Origin: Acidothermus cellulolyticus 11B
GTDB taxonomy: Bacteria; Actinomycetota; Actinomycetes; Acidothermales; Acidothermaceae
NCBI RefSeq assembly: GCF_000015025.1
Contig: NC_008578.1
Location: forward strand, 780,001 to 812,000
Length of the DNA stretch: 32,000 bases
Reading direction: 5' to 3'
Part shown: positions 24,883-32,000 of the stretch, one piece after another
Layout: every line of letters starts with the position of its first letter
Position numbering within the stretch: position 1 is the stretch's first letter
Made by a program: the position numbers and the translations under genes
Notes under the pieces: generated by a model
The model's input: only the letters and a program-made list of their open reading frames with translations
Database searches by the model: none
Told to the model about the DNA's origin: nothing

Positions 24883-25686
24883 TCACCGCGTGGTCATGCC
24901 GCGGCACAGCTCGATTGCGAGGACCCGGTCCAGATAGGCAAAGGTTTCGAACTTCGCGCCGTCGGGGAGCCGAGGGTCCGCGGCGGCGGCCCGGAGCAGA
25001 TCGACTACCCGCGGCAGGTCCAGATCGTCCTCGAGTGCTTGCCGCGCCGCCTGGACATACTCGGCTGGCACCGGTGCGGACGGGCAGTCTGCCCAGGCCG
25101 CGACGGCGCTTCGCCACGCGGTGAGATCGGCCTGCGCCGCCGCCAGGTGCGAGTGGTCAAGGAGGACCGGCCGCGCATAGTGGCGGGCCGACAGCGCCAG
25201 GCGTTGCGCGAGGGGATCGGCGTCGCGCGGGAAGTTCCGCCAGGCGCCGGCGACCGCGACCGTTGGGACGTCGGCGCCGGGTGTCAGTGCATCCGCCGGT
25301 ACGACGCGCAAGTGAGGGCGACCGAGCAGGACGTCGGCGCCGGGTGTCAGTGCATCCGCCGGTACGACGCGCAAGTGAGGGCGACCGAGCAGGACGTCGG
25401 CGGCCTCGGTGTCGGTCTCGACGACGTCGTGCGGAGGTGCGATGCCGAAGTCGTTGCACACGACGTTCAGCCAGGAGCGCGTGTGCGTCGGGGAAACCAC
25501 GGCCGTTAGGACCTGAATCCCGGAGAGCTCACGGATTCGCCGGAGACTATCACCGACCAGCAGGACGCGGACGCCGGTGAGGTCGGCGGCGCTGTGCGGC
25601 TCGGGCGGCGTGACGACCATGCGGAGCACCGCACTCCCGCCGACGGCGACGAGCCGCCGGGTCACGGCGTCCCGGAGCTGGAGCAC
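24883..25686 (-). CDS. truncated MshC / cysteinyl-tRNA-synthetase-like protein, predicted catalytically inactive
   Basis: The N-terminus aligns by eye with the class I Rossmann start of MshC/CysRS, but the HIGH position reads DLTG. The C-terminus (DPLAQRLALSARHY ... LTAWRSAV ... ALEDDLDLP) resembles the MshC/CysRS helical domain. There is no KMSKS. It is 267 aa versus more than 400 aa for the enzymes. GTG start. Confidence 0.55.
   Translation of the reverse strand: MLQLRDAVTRRLVAVGGSAVLRMVVTPPEPHSAADLTGVRVLLVGDSLRRIRELSGIQVLTAVVSPTHTRSWLNVVCNDFGIAPPHDVVETDTEAADVLLGRPHLRVVPADALTPGADVLLGRPHLRVVPADALTPGADVPTVAVAGAWRNFPRDADPLAQRLALSARHYARPVLLDHSHLAAAQADLTAWRSAVAAWADCPSAPVPAEYVQAARQALEDDLDLPRVVDLLRAAAADPRLPDGAKFETFAYLDRVLAIELCRGMTTR
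25266..25402. repeat. perfect 63-bp tandem duplication (2.2 copies) inside the MshC-like CDS
   Basis: 25266-25328 equals 25329-25391, and the match continues to 25402. The duplication is in frame and doubles the 21-aa peptide ADVLLGRPHLRVVPADALTPG. Confidence 0.95.
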
Positions 25687-25916
25687 GGTCCCACGGTAGC
25701 GAGACCGGCACGTGCCGGAATCTTTCGCTTAGGACCGATCCCCGCGGTCGTTGCGCCGGGACCGGTCCCGGCGCCGTCTTCGCTCAGGACCGATCCGTCC
25801 GTCGTCTCTGTGTCAGGGCCGATCGAGCCGCCGCGGGTAGACTGAACGCGGCGATGAAGCCCGCCGACAATGCGCCGCCCGGCTGATGGCTTCTACCGAG
25901 TTCGGTGGAGGTCGTC

Positions 25917-27467
25917 ATGACGGTGCTCAAGGAGCGGGCCGCAAAACCGAGTGTTCTCTTCGTCGACCCGACGGCGTTGGCGGCGGTCGACGAGCAGCCC
26001 GAGTTCTTCAAGGACCTCCATCTCGACGAGATCCTGGACGTGATTCTCGCTGGATACGAAGAATATGGGCTGCGGCCGTTGTTCTACCAACCGTTAGGTG
26101 ACGTCGACGCCGTCCGGTATCGGCACGAGGTCTTCCGGGATCTTCAGGATGCGGGCATCCGCGAAGCGGTTGACGCGTTCACCGCTGCTCTGCGCGACAT
26201 GCGCAACGCCTTCGCGATGAGCGAAAAACTCTCTTACCCGCAGCAGAAACAACGGTGGTTCCTCGACGCTGCTTTGATCTACTGTAACGCCGTTGCCTCA
26301 TTGGCGCGTCGATTCTCCCGGATGCCTCTCGGCTCACGAGGACTTCAGGCACTTGCCGATTACCTTCAGGGTTACGTCGCATCGCCGGCGTTTACCCGTC
26401 TTGCCCGCGACGCCCGGTCCGTGAGCGATGCGCTGGCCGGCGTTCGGTATGCGGTGCATATCAAGGGGAGCCAGGTGCGCGTGCAGCGCTATGCCGGGGA
26501 GCCGGAGTACAGCGCCGAGGTGACCGAGACGTTCGCCCGATTCCAGCAGCGGACCGGCGCCGATTATCGGGTCACCTTCAGCGAATCCGCATACATGGAT
26601 CACGTCGAGGCGCGCATCGCGGATCTCGTGGCTGCGCTGTACCCGGCTGAGTTCACCGCCCTTGTGACGTTCACCGAGGTGCACGCGGATTTCCTGGATC
26701 CGGTGGTGGCGGCCTTTGACCGCGACATTCACTTTTACCTGGCGTATCTGCGGCATGTGGAGCGGCTAACGCGCGGGGGACTGCCGTTCTGCTATCCAGA
26801 ACTGTCGACGACGTCGAAGGAAACCGTGGTCCGCGGCGGTTACGATCTCGCTCTTGCCATGACGCGTGACGGAGAGCCCGGCGCCATCGTGGGCAACGAT
26901 TTCTCGCTTGACGGCGGGGAGCGCGTCATCGTGGTGACCGGACCCAACAGCGGAGGGAAGACGACGTTCGCCCGCATGTTCGGACAGGTGCACTACCTTG
27001 CGAGTCTCGGTCTGCCGGTGCCGGCGCGCGCGGCTCGGCTGTTCCTTCCCGATCGGGTCTTTACGCACTTCGAACGGGAGGAGCAACTTGCGACTCTGCG
27101 CGGCAAGCTGGACGACGAACTTGTCCGGCTGCGGGACATCCTGGCGCATGCCACCGCCAGGAGCGTCATCGTGATGAATGAGAGCTTCTCTTCGACGGCG
27201 TTGCGGGATGCGCGTTACCTCGGCGCCGAAATTCTGCGCCGTGTCCTCGGGCTGGACGCCATCGGCGTTTACGTGACCTTCGTCGACGAGCTTGCCTCGA
27301 TCGACGGGAGGATCGTGAGCATGGTCGGGATCGTCGATCCCCGCGACCCGGCCCGGCGAACGTACCGGTTCGAGCGCCGTCCCGCAGACGGCCGGGCGTA
27401 CGCCCTCGCTGTTGCGGCGAAATACGGTCTGACATACGAGCAGCTTCGCCGGCGGGTGGCGTCGTGA
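25917..27467 (+). CDS. MutS-family ATPase (core plus ABC ATPase domains only), paralogue A
   Basis: Walker A VVTGPNSGGKTTFARM followed by the MutS-like LASLGLPVPA. Walker B region VIVMNESFSST. ATG 25917 lies 5 nt after GGAGG (25907-25911). The ORF is open from GTG 25905. Confidence 0.8.
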   Translation: MTVLKERAAKPSVLFVDPTALAAVDEQPEFFKDLHLDEILDVILAGYEEYGLRPLFYQPLGDVDAVRYRHEVFRDLQDAGIREAVDAFTAALRDMRNAFAMSEKLSYPQQKQRWFLDAALIYCNAVASLARRFSRMPLGSRGLQALADYLQGYVASPAFTRLARDARSVSDALAGVRYAVHIKGSQVRVQRYAGEPEYSAEVTETFARFQQRTGADYRVTFSESAYMDHVEARIADLVAALYPAEFTALVTFTEVHADFLDPVVAAFDRDIHFYLAYLRHVERLTRGGLPFCYPELSTTSKETVVRGGYDLALAMTRDGEPGAIVGNDFSLDGGERVIVVTGPNSGGKTTFARMFGQVHYLASLGLPVPARAARLFLPDRVFTHFEREEQLATLRGKLDDELVRLRDILAHATARSVIVMNESFSSTALRDARYLGAEILRRVLGLDAIGVYVTFVDELASIDGRIVSMVGIVDPRDPARRTYRFERRPADGRAYALAVAAKYGLTYEQLRRRVAS

Positions 27468-28954
27468 AAGTCTTTCTCATGCACCCGGAGCAGGATTTCG
27501 ATCCGCAGGCTCAGTTGCCGGAGCATGCCGACGACCTGATCCGTGACCTGGAACTGGAGACCCTCCTGGCGGCTATGGCGGGCGGTGACGATTATCTGCT
27601 GACTGTCGCCCGCGCGGGTGTCCTGCATCCTCTCGCCGATCCCGCCGTGATCCGCTATCGTCAGGAAATTCTCGCCGACTGCCTGCGCCATCCCGACGCC
27701 CTCCGGGCCTTGTATCACCTTGCCGCCGAGGCCGTCGCCGCGGAAAAGAAGATCTGGCGGACCTTCTGGAAGTCGCCGGACATCATCCTGCATCGAGCCC
27801 TCGAGGTGATGGGTGTTTTCCTCGGCTATATTCGGCGGTTGCGCACACTCACCGATACGTACGCCGAGATGTTCTCCGCCCCGGGTCTTCAGCGGTTCAT
27901 GCGTATGGTCGGCGAGGAACTCTCCGACGAGTACCTCCAGCGGGTCGAGAATCATCTGGCGGAGCTCTCTTTCCGGCGCGGCGTCCTGCTCAGCGCCCGT
28001 CTCGGCCGGGGAAATAAAGGGGAGGACTACACGCTGCATCGGTACACGGAGCGCAGCCTTCTGCAGAGGATTGCTTCGGGCGAGCGCCGCGCTGCGGGTT
28101 ACACCTTCCGCATTCCGGACCGCGACGAAGCGGGTCATCGGGCGCTGTCGGAATTGCGCGGCCGGGGACTGAACGTGGTTGCGGACGCGCTTGCCCGGTC
28201 CGCCGACCATGTGCTCTCGTTCTTTGCGGCTCTCCGCGCCGAGCTGGGTTTTTACCTCGGCTGCGTGCAATTGGCGGAACGGCTTGCGTCGCTCGGCTGC
28301 CGGTGGTCGTTTCCCGATGTGCACCAGCCGTCGGCCCGCCGTTTCCACGCGCGACATCTGTACGACGTCTGCCTCGCCTTGACGATCGGCGGGCCGGTGG
28401 TCGGCAATGACGTCGACGCGGACGGGAAACTTCTCGTTCTGGTGACGGGACCCAATCAGGGCGGGAAGTCGACGTTCCTGCGCAGTGTCGGACTGGCCCA
28501 GTTGCTCATGCAGGCTGGGATGTTCGTTCCCGCCGACGCGCTGGACGCGAGCGTCGCCGGGGGAATTTTCACGCATTTCAAACGCGAGGAGGATCCGGCT
28601 CTGCGTGGCGGAAAGCTCGAGGAGGAGCTCGCCAGGATGAGTGCGATCGCCGACCGCGTGCACACCGGCTCGGTCGTCTTGTGCAATGAGTCGTTCAGTG
28701 CCACCAATGAACGCGAAGGGTCGGAGATCGCCCAACAGGTCATCGATGCATTCATGGACTGCGGCGTCCGCGTCTTCTTCGTGACGCATTTGTACGACCT
28801 GGCGCGCCGGTACAGCGAGCGGCAGGACCGGCGGGTGCTGTTCTTGCGGGCGGAGCGACTGCCCGACGGACGGCGCACCTTCCGGATGATCGTCGGTGCA
28901 CCGGAGCCGACGAGTCACGCGGCGGACTCCTACCGCCGGATTTTCGGCCTCTGA
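27464..28954 (+). CDS. MutS-family ATPase (core plus ABC ATPase domains only), paralogue B
   Basis: Walker A LVTGPNQGGKSTFLRS followed by LMQAGMFVPA. Walker B region VVLCNESFSATNEREG. The GTG start overlaps the stop of paralogue A (GTGA). An alternative ATG lies at 27479. Confidence 0.8.
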   Translation: MKVFLMHPEQDFDPQAQLPEHADDLIRDLELETLLAAMAGGDDYLLTVARAGVLHPLADPAVIRYRQEILADCLRHPDALRALYHLAAEAVAAEKKIWRTFWKSPDIILHRALEVMGVFLGYIRRLRTLTDTYAEMFSAPGLQRFMRMVGEELSDEYLQRVENHLAELSFRRGVLLSARLGRGNKGEDYTLHRYTERSLLQRIASGERRAAGYTFRIPDRDEAGHRALSELRGRGLNVVADALARSADHVLSFFAALRAELGFYLGCVQLAERLASLGCRWSFPDVHQPSARRFHARHLYDVCLALTIGGPVVGNDVDADGKLLVLVTGPNQGGKSTFLRSVGLAQLLMQAGMFVPADALDASVAGGIFTHFKREEDPALRGGKLEEELARMSAIADRVHTGSVVLCNESFSATNEREGSEIAQQVIDAFMDCGVRVFFVTHLYDLARRYSERQDRRVLFLRAERLPDGRRTFRMIVGAPEPTSHAADSYRRIFGL

Positions 28955-29031
28955 TACGGCCGGACCCGCCGAGGTCTCTGACGCGGCCGGACCCGCCGAG
29001 GTCCCTGACGCGGTCGGACCGGGCGACGGTC
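28951..29031. repeat. 27-bp tandem repeat, three copies (the third degenerate)
   Basis: CTGATACGGCCGGACCCGCCGAGGTCT (28951-28977), CTGACGCGGCCGGACCCGCCGAGGTCC (28978-29004) and CTGACGCGGTCGGACCGGGCGACGGTC (29005-29031). The first copy contains the stop codon of MutS-like B. Confidence 0.85.
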
Positions 29032-29182
29032 GCCGCACGGCGAACCCGGACGGCGGCGCTCCTATACTTGGCGGGTGATCCGGCGGGCCGGTGCGCCGGC
29101 GGGAGGCGGGTGCAGCCGCCACGCCACTGGGAGTTGACCGGCAGCCCCGGGTCACCGGTTCCCATCTGATCGAAGGACGTCT

Positions 29183-30532
29183 GTGAAGAGCGCAGTTGAG
29201 ACTCTGAGCCCCACGCGTGTCAAGTTCACCGTCGAAGTCGGCTTTGACGAGCTCCAGCCCACGGTTGCCGCGGCCTACCGCAAGGTGGCGGAGCAGGTCC
29301 GGGTGCCGGGGTTTCGGCCGGGGAAGGTCCCGCCGCCGATCATCGACCGTCGGATCGGCCGTGGTGTCGTGCTCGAGCAAGCGCTCAATGACGCGATTCC
29401 GCAGTTCTACGGACAGGCCGTTGACGAAGCGGCGGTTGCGGTGATCAGCCAGCCCGAGATCGAGGTGACGAACTTTGCGGACGGCGAGGGGCTGACCTTC
29501 ACGGCCGAAGTCGACGTCCGGCCGACCATCGAACTGCCGGACCCGGAGAGCATCACCGTCACCGTCGATCCCGTGACGGTCTCCGACGCGGACGTGGACG
29601 CCGAGCTCGCCGCCCTTGCCGACCGGTTCGCAACCCTCAAGCCGGTCGACCGGCCGGCGCGCCGCGGCGACTTCGTCACCATCGACATGACGGTGCGCCT
29701 GGACGGCGAGGTGCTCGAGGACGGCACGGTGACCGGCGCCTCGTACGAGGTGGGCAGCGCCCAGCTCGTCGAAGGTCTCGACGAGGCGCTCGAGGGGCTC
29801 ACCGCCGGCCAGTCCGCGGAATTCGACGCGCCTCTCGCCGGACCCTACGCCGGGCGCACGGCGCGGGCCGAGGTCACCGTCCGCGCGGTCCGGGAGAAGC
29901 AGGTGCCGGCGCTCGATGACGCATTTGCCCAGCAAGCCAGCGAATTCGACACCCTCGAGGAGCTGCGCGCCCACATCCGCGAGCGCATCGGTCGGACCCG
30001 GCGGATCCAGCAGCACGTGCAGGCCCGCGAACGCCTCCTGCAGACCCTGCTCGATTCCCTCGACATTCCCGTTCCGGAGCGGATCGTTGACGCCGAAGTA
30101 CGGTCGAGAGCCGAGCAGTTGCGCCGCTATGCCGAGGCCCGCGGCATGGACGCCGAAGGCCTGCTGGCCCAGCAAGGGGAGAGCCTGCACGACCACGAGG
30201 CGCACGTGCGCGCCGATGTGGAGCGCGAACTGCGGGTGCAGTTCCTCCTGGACACCGTCGTCGCGCGTGAACAGCTGCAACTGCAAGAGGCGGAGCTCAC
30301 GGACTACTTGATTCAGCGGGCCACCCGGCTCGGCGTGAGTCCCGACGACTATGCCAATCAATTGGTGCGGACCAACACCGTGCCGCTGGCGGTGGCGGAT
30401 GCGCTGCGCGGCAAGGCGCTGACCTACCTTCTCCAGCGGGTCCGCGTCGTCGACACCACCGGCGCACCGGTGAACCTGGAGGGGGGCTCGACGCCGGCTG
30501 CCGAGGCGGAGCCGGCGGTAAGCGAAGCCTGA
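29183..30532 (+). CDS. tig: trigger factor
   Basis: N-terminal ribosome-binding signature GFRPGKVP, a central PPIase-like region and a C-terminal helical domain. GTG start after GAAGGA. Synteny with clpP1/clpP2. Confidence 0.95.
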   Translation: MKSAVETLSPTRVKFTVEVGFDELQPTVAAAYRKVAEQVRVPGFRPGKVPPPIIDRRIGRGVVLEQALNDAIPQFYGQAVDEAAVAVISQPEIEVTNFADGEGLTFTAEVDVRPTIELPDPESITVTVDPVTVSDADVDAELAALADRFATLKPVDRPARRGDFVTIDMTVRLDGEVLEDGTVTGASYEVGSAQLVEGLDEALEGLTAGQSAEFDAPLAGPYAGRTARAEVTVRAVREKQVPALDDAFAQQASEFDTLEELRAHIRERIGRTRRIQQHVQARERLLQTLLDSLDIPVPERIVDAEVRSRAEQLRRYAEARGMDAEGLLAQQGESLHDHEAHVRADVERELRVQFLLDTVVAREQLQLQEAELTDYLIQRATRLGVSPDDYANQLVRTNTVPLAVADALRGKALTYLLQRVRVVDTTGAPVNLEGGSTPAAEAEPAVSEA

Positions 30533-30611
30533 TACTGCCCGGTCGCTGTTGCCGCAGACGTCCGCGATGCTGTTGCGGTGACCGTCCGCCTGTGCCCACA
30601 TCCCGCGCCTG

Positions 30612-30625
30612 CGCCGTCAGCGAAC
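30612..30625. promoter_or_regulatory. candidate ClgR operator 1 (reads GTTCGCTGACGGCG on the minus strand)
   Basis: Matches the GTTCGC-N5-GCG / CGC-YNANR-GCG motif recalled for actinobacterial ClgR. It is part of a 22-bp direct repeat (30603-30624) and lies about 190 bp upstream of clpP1. Confidence 0.5.
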
Positions 30626-30672
30626 CGAATGGGACCGTCCGGTGCGGGACGACGACCCCCATGCCGCGCCTG

Positions 30673-30686
30673 CGCCGTCAGCGAAA
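30673..30686. promoter_or_regulatory. candidate ClgR operator 2 (reads TTTCGCTGACGGCG on the minus strand)
   Basis: Second copy of the same 22-bp repeat (30664-30685), 61 bp from the first and about 130 bp upstream of clpP1. Confidence 0.45.
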
Positions 30687-30811
30687 CCGGCGGCTCCGCC
30701 CGGCCGGGATGCCGGTCCGCCGGTTAGGGTCGGAACTCGACGCGATTCCCCGGTCTCCATCCGGAGGGCCGTGTCAGCGTCCGATCGAGACAGTGATGGG
30801 ACAGGTGAGAA

Positions 30812-31477
30812 GTGATCGTCGATCCCTCCGTCGCGCGTTCGGAGTCCGGCTCTCCGATCGGCGTACCGGGCATTCCGACCGCCGCGCTCCCGCCGTCCGG
30901 CGCATCCGCTGAGGATGACGTCTTCAACAAGCTGCTGCGCAACCGGATTCTGTTCCTCGGCACGGTGGTCGACGACGCCCTGGCGAACAAAATCTGCGCA
31001 CAGCTGCTGCTGCTTGCCGCCGAGGATCCGGATCGCGATATTTACCTGTACATCAATTCACCCGGCGGCTCGGTGGACGCCGGCATGGCGATTTACGACA
31101 CCATGCAGTACGTGCAGTGCGATGTCGCTACCGTCGCGCTCGGGTTGGCCGCGTCCATGGGGCAGTTCCTCCTCTGCGCTGGCGCCAAAGGGAAGCGGTA
31201 CGCGCTGCCGCATGCGCGGATCATGATGCATCAGCCGCTCGGCGGCATCGGCGGTACGGCGTCGCTCATCGCCATTCAGGCCGAACAGATGCTGTACGCC
31301 AAGCGCACGCTGCAGCAGCTCATTTCCCAGCACACCGGGCAGCCGATTGAACGCATCGAGCGGGACTCCGACCGGGAACGATGGTTCTCCGCGGAGGAGG
31401 CGAAGGAGTACGGCTTCATCGACCACGTCGTTCGTAGCTCCCGCCAGGTGCCTACCGAGACGACGTCGGTCTCCTAA
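30812..31477 (+). CDS. clpP1: ATP-dependent Clp protease proteolytic subunit ClpP1
   Basis: [17 protein letters not shown], catalytic-Ser context [11 protein letters not shown] and MMHQPLGG. The GTG 30812 start is uncertain within the N-terminal propeptide region. Confidence 0.9.
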   Translation: MIVDPSVARSESGSPIGVPGIPTAALPPSGASAEDDVFNKLLRNRILFLGTVVDDALANKICAQLLLLAAEDPDRDIYLYINSPGGSVDAGMAIYDTMQYVQCDVATVALGLAASMGQFLLCAGAKGKRYALPHARIMMHQPLGGIGGTASLIAIQAEQMLYAKRTLQQLISQHTGQPIERIERDSDRERWFSAEEAKEYGFIDHVVRSSRQVPTETTSVS

Positions 31478-31494
31478 GAGGAGGGGTGGCGAGG

Positions 31495-32000
31495 ATGCGC
31501 GTCGAGCATGCCGGCGAATTGTGGGTGCCGCGGAGTGCGGGCGACGGCCCGGGACGGCGGTTGACCGGGGAGCGGCCGTCGTCGCGGTACATCGTCCCGG
31601 AATTCCGGGAGCGCACCAGTCAGGGTGACCGAATTCACAATCCGTACACCAAGCTCTTCGAAGAGCGCATCATCTTCCTCGGCGTCCAAATCGACGACAT
31701 CTCGGCGAACGACGTGATGGCCCAGCTGCTGACCTTGGAGTCGATGGACCCGGACCGCGACATCCAGCTCTACATCAACTCACCGGGCGGGTCGTTCACC
31801 GCACTCACCGCGATCTACGACACGATGCAGTTCATCCGGCCCGAGGTGCAGACGATTTGCATGGGCCAGGCGGCGTCCGCGGCCGCCGTCCTGCTGGCCG
31901 CCGGCACGAAGGGCAAGCGGATGGCCCTGCCGAATTCCCGGATTCTCATCCATCAGCCGTACAGCGAGGCGGGCGGTCAGGCCAGCGACCTGGAGATCGC
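31495..32000 (+). CDS. clpP2: ATP-dependent Clp protease proteolytic subunit ClpP2 (3' end outside the window)
   Basis: Translated by hand; it is not in the ORF track because there is no stop in the window. [10 protein letters not shown] ... [10 protein letters not shown] ... [12 protein letters not shown] ... [12 protein letters not shown] ... ILIHQP. The ATG lies about 10 nt after GAGGAGG and 17 nt after the clpP1 stop. Confidence 0.9.
   Translation, partial: MRVEHAGELWVPRSAGDGPGRRLTGERPSSRYIVPEFRERTSQGDRIHNPYTKLFEERIIFLGVQIDDISANDVMAQLLTLESMDPDRDIQLYINSPGGSFTALTAIYDTMQFIRPEVQTICMGQAASAAAVLLAAGTKGKRMALPNSRILIHQPYSEAGGQASDLEI

Noticed and set aside
25266-25402. Tandem repeats at 25266-25402 and 28951-29031 as a possible CRISPR array
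   Set aside because: The units are directly adjacent with no unique spacers, there are only 2-3 copies, one array is inside a CDS, and no cas genes are present.
27269-30601. 1110-aa ORF on the minus strand across MutS-like B and tig
   Set aside because: It is antisense to trigger factor and the MutS-like gene, both of which have clear family motifs. Same GC-rich antisense artefact.

Overview
Very GC-rich, GC3-biased chromosomal segment that looks actinobacterial: it has gltX-tRNAGln-tRNAGlu and tig-clpP1-clpP2 synteny, many GTG starts, and frequent 1- and 4-nt stop/start overlaps. All homology calls were made by eye from the supplied translations; no searches were run. Layout: (1) Housekeeping left flank: 3' part of a citramalate/isopropylmalate synthase, an FAH-family hydrolase, gltX, tRNA-Gln(CTG) and tRNA-Glu(CTC). 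(2) A sugar uptake/catabolism locus: a minus-strand ABC transporter (binding lipoprotein, permease, ATPase) plus a P-loop kinase, divergent from DeoR regulator, class I aldolase and FGGY kinase. (3) A 10-gene co-directional minus-strand block (11462-23926): six genes for a group-4-hydrogenase/complex-I-like membrane module, then a double-domain GT2 glycosyltransferase, an MFS transporter and an alditol-oxidase-like flavoenzyme. (4) A small accessory-looking island: a hypothetical gene, a truncated catalytically dead MshC/CysRS-like gene carrying a perfect 63-bp in-frame tandem duplication, and a translationally coupled pair of short MutS-family ATPases. (5) Housekeeping right flank: tig, clpP1 with two ClgR-type boxes upstream, and clpP2 (3' end outside the window). 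The most interesting signal is the hydrogenase-like module. Its large subunit has no NiFe-ligating cysteines. Its NuoB/HycG-like domain has no cysteines at all, with the four cluster ligands reading D, D, D, S. Its fused ferredoxin domain keeps exactly one of two clusters. The antiporter-like subunits keep their charged transmembrane residues. This fits an Ehr-type (energy-converting-hydrogenase-related) complex of unknown function with an unusually complete loss of cofactor sites. It is preceded by a candidate leader ORF whose Shine-Dalgarno lies inside a long hairpin. No CRISPR array, transposase, integrase or rRNA was seen.
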